Shown here in pieces: positions 1 to 7,744 of a stretch of 40,720 nucleotides of DNA (its first letter is position 1; each line of letters opens with the position of its first letter). A program made the translations under genes and the position numbers. The DNA is from Saprospiraceae bacterium (lineage in GTDB: Bacteria > Bacteroidota > Bacteroidia > Chitinophagales > Saprospiraceae): NCBI GenBank assembly GCA_043748865.1, contig JAYTNA010000065.1:1-40720 (forward strand), written 5' to 3'. Under the pieces are notes generated by a model. It was not told the DNA's origin. It saw only the letters and a program-made list of their open reading frames with translations, and did no database searches.

Positions 1-651
1 GAGAGAAATTTAGAAATAAAAATTTTGGAACAAGATTTAGAAAATTTTTGGGTGAATGCCGATTTTAAAAACAATTTTAAAAATTCATCGCCTTATAAAA
101 ATTTAAAAATTAATTTAAGCGGCTCATATCAAGAAAAAAATATTGCTACCGTTTTGCAGAGTATTGAATTAATGAAGACTTTGCCGTTTTTTAAAAACAT
201 CGAACCCGAAATATGGCGCAACGGCATTGAAACCGGATTAGCAAATTTAAAATCGCTCACAAATTTTATTGGCAGGTGGCAGATTTTGCAACGCTCTCCA
301 CTTATCATCGGCGACTCCGCGCACAATGAAGCGGGGATAAAATATGTCACGCAACAATTAGCAACGCTTAAATACAATCAATTGCACATTGTAGTCGGTA
401 TGGTGCGCGATAAAGATATTACAAAAATGTTGGCTCTTTTTCCGAAAAATGCGATTTATTATTTCTGTAAAGCCAACATTCCGCGCGGTTTATCGGCAGC
501 TGATTTGAAAACGAAAGCACAGAGTTTTGGTTTAAAAGGAAAAAATTATTCATCCGTCAAACGCGCTTACGCTGCGGCAAAAAAATCCGGTAACGCCGAC
601 GATTTAATTTATGTAGGTGGAAGTATTTTTGTACTAGCGGAAGTACTTTAA
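1..651 (+). CDS. folC: Folylpolyglutamate synthase / dihydrofolate synthase (Mur ligase family), C-terminal part; the 5' end lies outside the window
   Basis: Frame 1 is open from nt 1 with no upstream stop. The translation has Mur-ligase C-domain motifs typical of FolC (LSGSYQEKNIATVLQSIE, IIGDSAHNEAGIKYV, HIVVGMVRDKD). TAA stop at 649-651. Confidence 0.85.
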   Translation, partial: ERNLEIKILEQDLENFWVNADFKNNFKNSSPYKNLKINLSGSYQEKNIATVLQSIELMKTLPFFKNIEPEIWRNGIETGLANLKSLTNFIGRWQILQRSPLIIGDSAHNEAGIKYVTQQLATLKYNQLHIVVGMVRDKDITKMLALFPKNAIYYFCKANIPRGLSAADLKTKAQSFGLKGKNYSSVKRAYAAAKKSGNADDLIYVGGSIFVLAEVL

Positions 652-708
652 TTTACTTTTCTTGAAAATTTAAAAAATTCAACTTATTTTTACCCGATAA
701 ATTTTTTT

Positions 709-1833
709 ATGAAAATCCACAACGTTTCAATAAATAATTTTAAGTCTATCCGTGAACTCAAAGATTTTGAGTTACGGGATATAAATGTTTTCATCGGCTC
801 GAACGGTGCGGGTAAATCTAATTTTATTTCTTTTTTTAAATTTTTACAACAAATTGTAACCCAAAACCTTCAATTTTATACAGCTAAAAAAGGTGGTGCC
901 GATAATTTTTTATATTTTGGAAGAAAGGTGTCGTCCTTGTTAGCTTTAAAAATAGTTTTTAATATCCATAAAGATCTTTGGAGTTCATACAACATAGAGT
1001 TGGAAGCCACTGATGATGATAAATTTATTTTAAAACAAGAAGTATCGAGTGTTAGAAAATTTCCGGGTGAATGGCAAGACCATAATTATAGAGTAGGGAT
1101 TTATGAAAGCTATTTAGGTATAGGCATGGAGCATGAAGCGCAATATAAAAATGGTTTTAAAATAGTCGAGTTAACTACTACACCGGCTCCAATAATAAAA
1201 CAAATAAAAATTTATCATTTTCACGATACAAGTGATAGTGCGTATGTTAAAGGTTTTACCGGTATTGAAGACAACCGCGAACTTCGAGAAGATGCATCTA
1301 ATTTAGCAGCCTTTTTATACATTTTGAAAAAAAATCATCTGCAACATTTTCTGCAAATTGAAAAAGCTATTCGTCGTATTGCACCATTTTTTGATCGGTT
1401 TAATTTGGAAGAGTCACAAACTTTAAAAGGTAAAATTAGAATCGAGTGGTTTGAACGCGGGTCAGACAAACAATTTACAGCACATCATCTTTCAGATGGA
1501 ACGTTGCGCATGATATGTTTAGCAACACTTTTGCTTCAACCCAAATTACCATATATAATTATAATTGATGAACCCGAACTTGGCTTACATCCTTCTGCAT
1601 TAGGTATATTAAGTGGTTTGATAAGTATTGCATCTCAATCATCTCAAATTATTATCGCCACGCAATCAACTTCTTTTGTAAGTCAATTTAATCCGGAACA
1701 TATTGTTGTTGTTGAACACGAAGATAACCAATCAACGTTTAAACGACTTGATGCAGCGTCTTTAGATGTTTGGCTTGAAGATTATACTTTAGGTGAAATT
1801 TGGGAAAAAAATCTTATAGGCGGCAGACCTTAA
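709..1833 (+). CDS. ABC-type (SMC/RecF-like, AAA_21/AAA_15-like) ATPase; first gene of the two-gene cassette
   Basis: Walker A GSNGAGKS (aa 30-37), ABC-signature-like LSDGT (aa 261-265), Walker B plus D-loop IIIIDEPELGLHP (aa 283-295). A long insertion of about 220 aa separates Walker A from the signature, as in OLD/AriA/AbiLi-type ATPases. TAA stop lies 8 nt before the next ATG. Confidence 0.85.
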   Translation: MKIHNVSINNFKSIRELKDFELRDINVFIGSNGAGKSNFISFFKFLQQIVTQNLQFYTAKKGGADNFLYFGRKVSSLLALKIVFNIHKDLWSSYNIELEATDDDKFILKQEVSSVRKFPGEWQDHNYRVGIYESYLGIGMEHEAQYKNGFKIVELTTTPAPIIKQIKIYHFHDTSDSAYVKGFTGIEDNRELREDASNLAAFLYILKKNHLQHFLQIEKAIRRIAPFFDRFNLEESQTLKGKIRIEWFERGSDKQFTAHHLSDGTLRMICLATLLLQPKLPYIIIIDEPELGLHPSALGILSGLISIASQSSQIIIATQSTSFVSQFNPEHIVVVEHEDNQSTFKRLDAASLDVWLEDYTLGEIWEKNLIGGRP

Positions 1834-1841
1834 ACTATAAT

Positions 1842-2510
1842 ATGGAGCATAAATTTGTAACTATTCTCGTAGAAGGACAAACCGAAGAAAGTTTTGTTAA
1901 AGAAGTTTTATATCCTTATCTTGAAAAATATAGAATTTGGGTGACTCCAGTTATAATTTACAGTAAAAACGATAATACTTTTGGTAAAAAACATAAAGGT
2001 GGTTCTGTTTCATTTGGTAAAGCTAACAATAATTTAAAAAAATTATTACAAGATACCTCAAAGGTAGTAACTACTTTTTTTGACTTCTATAGGCTTCCTA
2101 ACGATTTTCCTGAACATTCAAATTTGCCGACATCGGATAAACATATTTATGAGCGTGTTATTTTTTTAGAAAGGGCTTTTGAAAATGAAATTAATAATTC
2201 GCGTTTTAAAGCCTATATTCAACCGCATGAATTTGAAGCCTTATTGTTTTCGGATATTGTAGGTTTTACAAAAACATTTTCCGAAGAAGTAAAATCTCTT
2301 TCAAAAATTCAGAAAATTATTTATACTTTAGAACCCGAAGAAATCAATAATGGTGTTGATACTGCTCCTTCTAAACGCATTGAAAAACTATTCAAAAAAT
2401 ATAAGAAAGTTATACATGGTAAAGATATCGCCACAGAAATTGGCATTGAAAAAATGCTTGAAAAATGCCCGCACTTTCGAGAGTGGATAGATTGGATGAA
2501 AAATCTGTAA
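1842..2510 (+). CDS. DUF4276-family protein (putative Toprim-like effector); second gene of the cassette
   Basis: From the ATG at 1842 the protein begins MEHKFVTILVEGQTEESFVKE, the hallmark N-terminus of DUF4276 (hydrophobic strand plus VEGxTE). Other acidic or conserved patches: FFDFYRL, HEFEALLFSD, and CPHFREWIDW at the C-terminus. The ORF-track start at 1800 overlaps the ATPase and adds a non-conserved basic leader, so I prefer 1842. Confidence 0.75.
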   Translation: MEHKFVTILVEGQTEESFVKEVLYPYLEKYRIWVTPVIIYSKNDNTFGKKHKGGSVSFGKANNNLKKLLQDTSKVVTTFFDFYRLPNDFPEHSNLPTSDKHIYERVIFLERAFENEINNSRFKAYIQPHEFEALLFSDIVGFTKTFSEEVKSLSKIQKIIYTLEPEEINNGVDTAPSKRIEKLFKKYKKVIHGKDIATEIGIEKMLEKCPHFREWIDWMKNL

Positions 2511-2519
2511 TAAAAAAAA

Positions 2520-2546
2520 GCCTCGAAAGTTATTTACTTTCAAGGC
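2520..2546 (-). terminator. Rho-independent terminator downstream of topA; may also stop the convergent DUF4276 transcript
   Basis: Stem gcctcgaaagt / actttcaaggc (10 of 11 bp) with a 5-nt loop. An A8 run on the + strand gives a T-run after the hairpin on the - strand. Confidence 0.6.
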
Positions 2547-2709
2547 TTCAACTCAGTAATGCAAATTTAACCTAAACCAATTTTTTTCTCAAATTTGAAA
2601 TTTCTTTCGACACAAAGTTACAAGCATTACAAAGTGAAAACATTATTACAATGCGTATTTAACCTCACTTTAACGTGTGTAAAATGAGTGTCACACAATT
2701 TTTACAGTT

Positions 2710-5298
2710 TTATTTTTTCTTAAACGCTTTTCCGACGGGTGCTTTGCCGGTAGTTTTTGTTTCCGGTTTAGCAACCTGAACTTTCTTTTTAATGACAAAA
2801 GCATCAGGAAAATCAACTTCCACCATTTTTTTCACTTCTTCAAGTGTGAGTGATGCACATTCTTCCGGTGTTAATTTTTTTCCGTCGCGTTTTACATTTA
2901 TCATTTCTTTTCCGAAACGAATGAATGGTCCCCAACGTCCGTTTTCTACCGTCAATTTTTCCGCTTCCCAATTGTGAATATATCTGTTACCTTCTTTTTC
3001 TACTTTCGCTTCAATTAATTCTGTGGCTTGTTCCACAGAAATTGTTTCCGGATTATATTTTTTCGGAATCGGAATAAACATATCGTTCCATTTTATGAAT
3101 GGACCAAAGCGACCGGAGCCTTTCGTAATCGGCAAATCTTTATACGAAAACAAGGGTGCATTGGCGCGTTTATTTTCTTCGTACAACTCAATAGCACGTT
3201 CCAAACTAATATCTAACGGTGCTTCACCTTTCGGTAACGACACAAATTTATCGCCGGCTTTCAAATATGGACCGAATCTGCCAATACCGATTGTCAGAAT
3301 AGTATCGTCATATTCGCCCAAAGTTTTTGGTAATTCAAACAGTTTGAAAGCTTCTTCGAGCGTGATGGTTTCGATGGATTGATTTTTTTGCAAACTCGCG
3401 TATTGAGGTTTGTCTTCTTTACCGAGTTCTTCTGTTGTTCCGATTTGCGCCATTGCACCGAATTTACCCAAGCGCACCAAAATAGTTTTACCCGAAATCG
3501 GATCAACGCCGAGAATCCGTTCACCGCTCACCCGCTCTGCTTCATTCGCTGTTTTTTCAACTTCAGAATGAAAGGGGTGATAAAATTTGGAAAGCATATC
3601 CACCCAATTGCGTTTGCCTTCGGCGATGGAGTCGAATTGTTCCTCAATATCGGCAGTGAAATTATAATTCATCACATCATCGAAATGTTTGTCTAAAAAA
3701 TCTACGACCAACATACCGATATCTGTCGGCAGCAAATGATTTTTTAAAGCACCGGTCATTTCCGTTGATTTATTGCCCGTTATTTTTCCGATTTTATCCA
3801 ACAACATGACAGAAAATTCGCGTTGTGTGCCTTCTCTCGTTATTTTTTCAACGTAACCGCGATTTTCTTCCATGATTTTTGAAATTGTCGGTGCGTAAGT
3901 TGAAGGGCGACCGATGCCGCGTTCTTCCAATTCTTTTACCAAAGCTGCCTCCGTAAAACGCGATGGCGGACGCGTGAAACGTTCTGTCGCCGTCATTTTT
4001 TCAAAATTTAACTTCTGTCCGATTTTTAACGGCGGTAATGTACCGGCAACTTCGTCATCGTCATCATCTTTTGATTCGAGATAAACTTTTAAAAAGCCGT
4101 CAAATTTTATCACTTCACCTTCTGCATTTAAGCGCGCTTCGGGTTGAGTGGAGATATTTATGTTGACCGTGGTTTTTTCCAATTCGGCATCAGCCATTTG
4201 CGATGCGATGGTACGTTTCCAAATCAGTTCATATAATTTTTGTTGATCGCGGTCTTCCGTGACGTGGCGTTTTTCGATATAAGTAGGTCTGATAGCTTCG
4301 TGCGCTTCTTGTGCCGATTCTTTTCCGGTTTTAAATCTGCGCGTTTGCACATAATTTTTACCGAATGAAGTTTCAATTTCTGATGTAATCGCCGCAATCG
4401 CCGTTTCACTCAAATTTGTCGAATCGGTACGCATATACGATATGTGTCCGGCTTCGTACAAACGCTGTGCGTTTTGCATCGTGCGGTTTACAGAGAACCC
4501 TAATTTACGACTCGCTTCTTGTTGCAACGTTGAAGTAGTAAATGGTGCAGTTGGTTTGCGCTTCAACGGTTTAACTTCAATATTTTTTACGGTATAAATT
4601 GCACCGATACATTTTTTAAGAAAGTTTTCCGCCGCATTTTTTTCATCAATGCGATCCGGTGATTCAGCTTTCAGAATGACCGGTTTGTCGCCGGAATTTT
4701 TTTCTAAAAAATCCGCTTCAATTTTGAAAAACGGTGCGCTGTTAAATTTTTGAATCAATCGCTCGCGTTCCACCACAATTTTTACTGCAACGGATTGTAC
4801 ACGCCCGGCAGAAAGTCCGCCTTTAACTTTCTTCCACAGCAAACCCGACAATTCAAAACCCACTAATCTATCCAACACACGCCGCGCTTGTTGTGCATCC
4901 ACCAAACTCAAATCAACAGTGCGCGGATTTTGAACAGCTTTCAGAATCGCCGGTTTAGTGATTTCTCTAAACACGATGCGTTTTGTAGTGTGTTCATCCA
5001 AATTTAAAACTTTACACAAATGCCAAGAAATGGCTTCACCCTCGCGATCCTCATCCGTTGCCAACCAAACTTCTTCAGAGTTACGCGCTTCATCTTTCAG
5101 CGACTTCACTACTTTAATTTTATCGGGTGTAACGATGTAATTGGGTTTGAAGTTATTTTTTATATCCACACCCTCATCACCTTTTTCCAGGTCGCGAATA
5201 TGTCCGAAACTCGAAACCACTTTAAAGTCTGCACCTAGTATTTTTTCAATCGTTTTAGCTTTAGCCGGTGATTCTACTATCAATAAATTTTTTGCCAT
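2710..5298 (-). CDS. topA: DNA topoisomerase I (type IA)
   Basis: 862-aa ORF with an N-terminal Toprim region (LLIVESPAKAKTIEKILG, ATDEDREGEAISWH), an active-site region (HISYMRTDS) and C-terminal repeats of GRFGPY/GRWGPF type. Confidence 0.97.
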   Translation of the reverse strand: MAKNLLIVESPAKAKTIEKILGADFKVVSSFGHIRDLEKGDEGVDIKNNFKPNYIVTPDKIKVVKSLKDEARNSEEVWLATDEDREGEAISWHLCKVLNLDEHTTKRIVFREITKPAILKAVQNPRTVDLSLVDAQQARRVLDRLVGFELSGLLWKKVKGGLSAGRVQSVAVKIVVERERLIQKFNSAPFFKIEADFLEKNSGDKPVILKAESPDRIDEKNAAENFLKKCIGAIYTVKNIEVKPLKRKPTAPFTTSTLQQEASRKLGFSVNRTMQNAQRLYEAGHISYMRTDSTNLSETAIAAITSEIETSFGKNYVQTRRFKTGKESAQEAHEAIRPTYIEKRHVTEDRDQQKLYELIWKRTIASQMADAELEKTTVNINISTQPEARLNAEGEVIKFDGFLKVYLESKDDDDDEVAGTLPPLKIGQKLNFEKMTATERFTRPPSRFTEAALVKELEERGIGRPSTYAPTISKIMEENRGYVEKITREGTQREFSVMLLDKIGKITGNKSTEMTGALKNHLLPTDIGMLVVDFLDKHFDDVMNYNFTADIEEQFDSIAEGKRNWVDMLSKFYHPFHSEVEKTANEAERVSGERILGVDPISGKTILVRLGKFGAMAQIGTTEELGKEDKPQYASLQKNQSIETITLEEAFKLFELPKTLGEYDDTILTIGIGRFGPYLKAGDKFVSLPKGEAPLDISLERAIELYEENKRANAPLFSYKDLPITKGSGRFGPFIKWNDMFIPIPKKYNPETISVEQATELIEAKVEKEGNRYIHNWEAEKLTVENGRWGPFIRFGKEMINVKRDGKKLTPEECASLTLEEVKKMVEVDFPDAFVIKKKVQVAKPETKTTGKAPVGKAFKKK

Positions 5299-5367
5299 GT
5301 CATATTTTTTAGCTTCCCTTTGTTGTTTCTTTTTTGTGAATACAAAAATTTCGAGTGCAAAGGTTCT

Positions 5368-5545
5368 CTAAAAAAATCCAAATAAAAAAATAAAAATTTT
5401 TTTTAAAACAAAATAATTTTTATTTAAGAAAAAAAATAAAAAAAGTTTTTTGAAAAAATTGTTTTCTAAAAAAAATCCGGTAAAAAAATAAATTCTTTTT
5501 TAAAATAAAATTATTTTATTTAAAAAAAAAAATTAAAAAAAATCC
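5368..5545. repeat. Extreme A/T-tract block containing a roughly 98-bp tandem duplication, in the topA upstream region
   Basis: Two near-identical units start at 5368 and 5466 (ctaaaaaaatcc... and ctaaaaaaaatcc...). A third aaaaaaaatccc start lies near 5535. The block is almost entirely A/T, made of phased A-runs and T-runs. Confidence 0.7.
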
Positions 5546-5564
5546 CGACTCGCTAAAGTCGGGA
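5543..5564 (-). terminator. Rho-independent terminator of the glucosaminidase gene
   Basis: Stem tcccgact / agtcggga (8 bp) with loop cgctaa. On the - strand it is followed by a long T-run. Confidence 0.65.
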
Positions 5565-5604
5565 CTCACACAAACAAACACTTTATTGAAAACTCTATGC
5601 CTTT

Positions 5605-5700
5605 ACAATTGACAATTTGCAATGAAAAAAAATTGTCAATTCTATATTATCAACTGTCCGTTGCAATTGTCAATTATCCATTGTCCATTATCAACTAACC
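5605..5700. repeat. Heptamer-word hairpin or tract element at the 3' end of the glucosaminidase gene
   Basis: Perfect 11-bp inverted repeat aattgacaatt (5607-5617) / aattgtcaatt (5631-5641). A 7-nt periodic tract follows at 5651-5700 (caactgt ccgttgc aattgtc aattatc cattgtc cattatc) and runs into the CDS stop. Confidence 0.6.
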
Positions 5701-6581
5701 TCGTCTAATTTATACAACTGTAAATTCTCAATAATACGGATGAGTTTTTGTGCGTACTGTGCATCGGTCGCATAACCGGCAGATTGTAAACCTTTTGCCC
5801 AGCCTGCGTAATCCGTTTTGCTGAGATACTGTAATTGTTTATAGTTGTTTTGCATCAACAACTGACTGTGGTCTCGGAAACTTTCCCAAGCGTTATTGTA
5901 TTTTCTGAATTTATCGGTCGGCGTATCGTCTTTCATCACCACGTGCGGCACTTTTTTGTTGAAAGTTTTTACACCGAAATGATTATTTGCTACCTGCGTT
6001 AAGCGACTTTCACCGGCATCACTTTCCAATAACCCTTGTGCGAGTGTGATGCTGACAGGAATACCGAATTTTTCGCGCTCGGCTTTAGCAACAGTGACGA
6101 AACGGCGCACGTAATCCCAACATTTGTCTTTTTTAGTTTTCACTACTGCGGCATTTGCTTTTTCCGGTGCGATGAAAATAGAAACATTGTTAAAAACATT
6201 CGCTTCAGTCAAATCCGCATTATTAATTGATACGGATTTTAGTGCCGACATAGGTTTAGCCGGTAAAATTTCTACAATCGCATCGTCGTCTCCAATTTTT
6301 TTTGTGCCGACAGATGCAATCCTAATATTTTTTTTTGTACTTTCGGACGGTATTCCGATATGCGCCAGTATTACCGGTGATGCAGTTTCTTCTTTGTTCA
6401 TTGCTAAACTAACATAAAATTGTTTTGAAAAAAAAATGTACAACATGCCGCAAAGAATAAGTAAATTAAGTTTATTGTTTTTGACATGATAGACGAGTGA
6501 TTTTAAATCAATTGTGGCATTACCGTCGTAGTAACGGATAATTTTGTGACCGGGGTGGAAGGATGAATTGTCGGTAGACAT
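5691..6581 (-). CDS. Glucosaminidase-domain peptidoglycan hydrolase (mannosyl-glycoprotein endo-beta-N-acetylglucosaminidase / FlgJ-like), membrane anchored
   Basis: The C-terminal half carries the glucosaminidase signature (ITLAQGLLESDAGESRLT, NNHFGVK, WESFRDHSQLL, YATDAQYAQKL). There is an N-terminal hydrophobic helix. The TGA stop is followed immediately by in-frame TAA. Confidence 0.8.
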   Translation of the reverse strand: MSTDNSSFHPGHKIIRYYDGNATIDLKSLVYHVKNNKLNLLILCGMLYIFFSKQFYVSLAMNKEETASPVILAHIGIPSESTKKNIRIASVGTKKIGDDDAIVEILPAKPMSALKSVSINNADLTEANVFNNVSIFIAPEKANAAVVKTKKDKCWDYVRRFVTVAKAEREKFGIPVSITLAQGLLESDAGESRLTQVANNHFGVKTFNKKVPHVVMKDDTPTDKFRKYNNAWESFRDHSQLLMQNNYKQLQYLSKTDYAGWAKGLQSAGYATDAQYAQKLIRIIENLQLYKLDEVS

Positions 6582-6780
6582 GAATATAGTTTTTAGATTG
6601 TATTTAGAAAGACATTTTATTATTTAAACAGAATGCAAATTTTAAACAAATTGTTTTAATAACCAAATTTTTTTTAAAATTTTTTGTTTATTTTATTTTT
6701 TTTCTTTTGGCGAATGATTTTTTTATTAAAAAACCTTAGATAGTTTAAAACTAAAACTTAGTTTTGACGCTCTAAATTAA

Positions 6781-7647
6781 ATGTACCCGATTATGATAGT
6801 AATTGTTGATAGCGGCTCAACCAAAGCGGATTGGGAAATAATTCACGATGACGGTAAAAAAGAATTGGTGACAACGATGGGATTTAATCCGTATTTCGTT
6901 GACGAAGACCGCATTGAAAAGGAATTAAAAAAAGATTTCGTCAAAAAAGTAAAGGTGGATGCGGTTGATAAAGTTTATTTTTACGGCGCGGGATGTTCTG
7001 ATGTAGAGAAAAACGCTATTGTACAACGCGGTTTGGCGCGTATTTTTACAAATGCTTCGCTGATTGAAGTAGATCACGATTTGTTGGCGTGTGCGCGTGC
7101 CGTTTGCGGTACGCAGCCAGGAATTGCGTGTATAATCGGTACCGGATCGAATACTTGTCTATACGACGGGAAAAAAGTAATAGACAATGTAGCTAATCTC
7201 GGGTTTTTACTCGGAGACGAAGGCAGCGGTTCGCATCTCGGCAAATTATTGATTCAAGCATATTTTTATCGCGAATTGCCAAAAGATATAGAAGTTTTAT
7301 TTGAAAAAGAATATGGCAATAATAAGGTGGACATATCGAATCATATTTATGGCAAATCACCGAATGTTTATTTGGCATCATTCGCCAAGTTTTTTTCTCA
7401 AAATAAAAATCATTTTTATATTCAGAAATTGGTGAGCGATGCTTTCGATGCACTCATCACGCGCCATATTTTAAAATATAAAGATTGTCACAATATGCCG
7501 ATTAACTTTATTGGTTCTATTGCTTATCACTTTCAAGACATTTTAAAAATGGCGTTACAAGAACACGATTTAAAACTTGGTATCGTTGTTCAAAAACCCA
7601 TTGATAATTTGGTGGAGTTTCATTTAAAAAATATAGACACGTTATAA
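6781..7647 (+). CDS. BadF/BadG/BcrA/BcrD-type ATPase, N-acetylglucosamine kinase-like
   Basis: N-terminal phosphate-1 motif VDSGSTKADW, GTGSN and LGDEGSG motifs of the ASKHA sugar-kinase family. Divergent from the glucosaminidase gene. Confidence 0.8.
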   Translation: MYPIMIVIVDSGSTKADWEIIHDDGKKELVTTMGFNPYFVDEDRIEKELKKDFVKKVKVDAVDKVYFYGAGCSDVEKNAIVQRGLARIFTNASLIEVDHDLLACARAVCGTQPGIACIIGTGSNTCLYDGKKVIDNVANLGFLLGDEGSGSHLGKLLIQAYFYRELPKDIEVLFEKEYGNNKVDISNHIYGKSPNVYLASFAKFFSQNKNHFYIQKLVSDAFDALITRHILKYKDCHNMPINFIGSIAYHFQDILKMALQEHDLKLGIVVQKPIDNLVEFHLKNIDTL

Positions 7648-7734
7648 TGGTTATTGGTTATCGGTTATTAGTTATTGGTTACACATTTTTAAATGGATAA
7701 TCAATTAACCAATAACCGATAACCAATAACCATT
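7646..7734. repeat. Heptamer-word hairpin (ggttatt family) after the kinase gene; archetype of the family
   Basis: Left arm aatggttattggttatcggttatt(agttatt)ggtta starts inside the TAA stop. Right arm ttaaccaataaccgataaccaataaccatt spans 7705-7734. The stem is about 24 bp and perfect; the left arm carries one extra heptamer. Confidence 0.85.
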
Positions 7735-7744
7735 CATTTTAATT

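Noticed and set aside
1800-1841. ORF-track start at 1800 for the DUF4276 gene (MGKKSYRRQTLNYN leader overlapping the ATPase by 34 nt).
   Set aside because: The family-typical N-terminus (short leader, hydrophobic strand, VEGxTE) begins at the ATG at 1842, 8 nt after the ATPase stop. The longer leader is basic, non-conserved in appearance and lies inside the upstream gene. It is not strictly excluded.
2565-2670. Direct repeat of atttaacct (about 2565 and 2656) downstream of the cassette, considered as a possible att-like insertion scar.
   Set aside because: It is only about 9 nt long in an AT-rich spacer. No matching copy lies upstream of the cassette (652-708), and no integrase or transposase is nearby. 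It is insufficient to claim a mobile-element boundary.
2792-5371. Numerous 60-120 aa ORFs antisense to or overlapping topA, susC, the VCBS gene, recN, leuC, leuA, ftsH and recA, for example 3023-3382, 3379-3696, 11499-11717, 19728-20084, 28917-29177, 38552-38881 and 40160-40387.
   Set aside because: They are shadow ORFs inside strongly supported conserved genes, with low-complexity or Cys/Arg-rich translations and no motifs.
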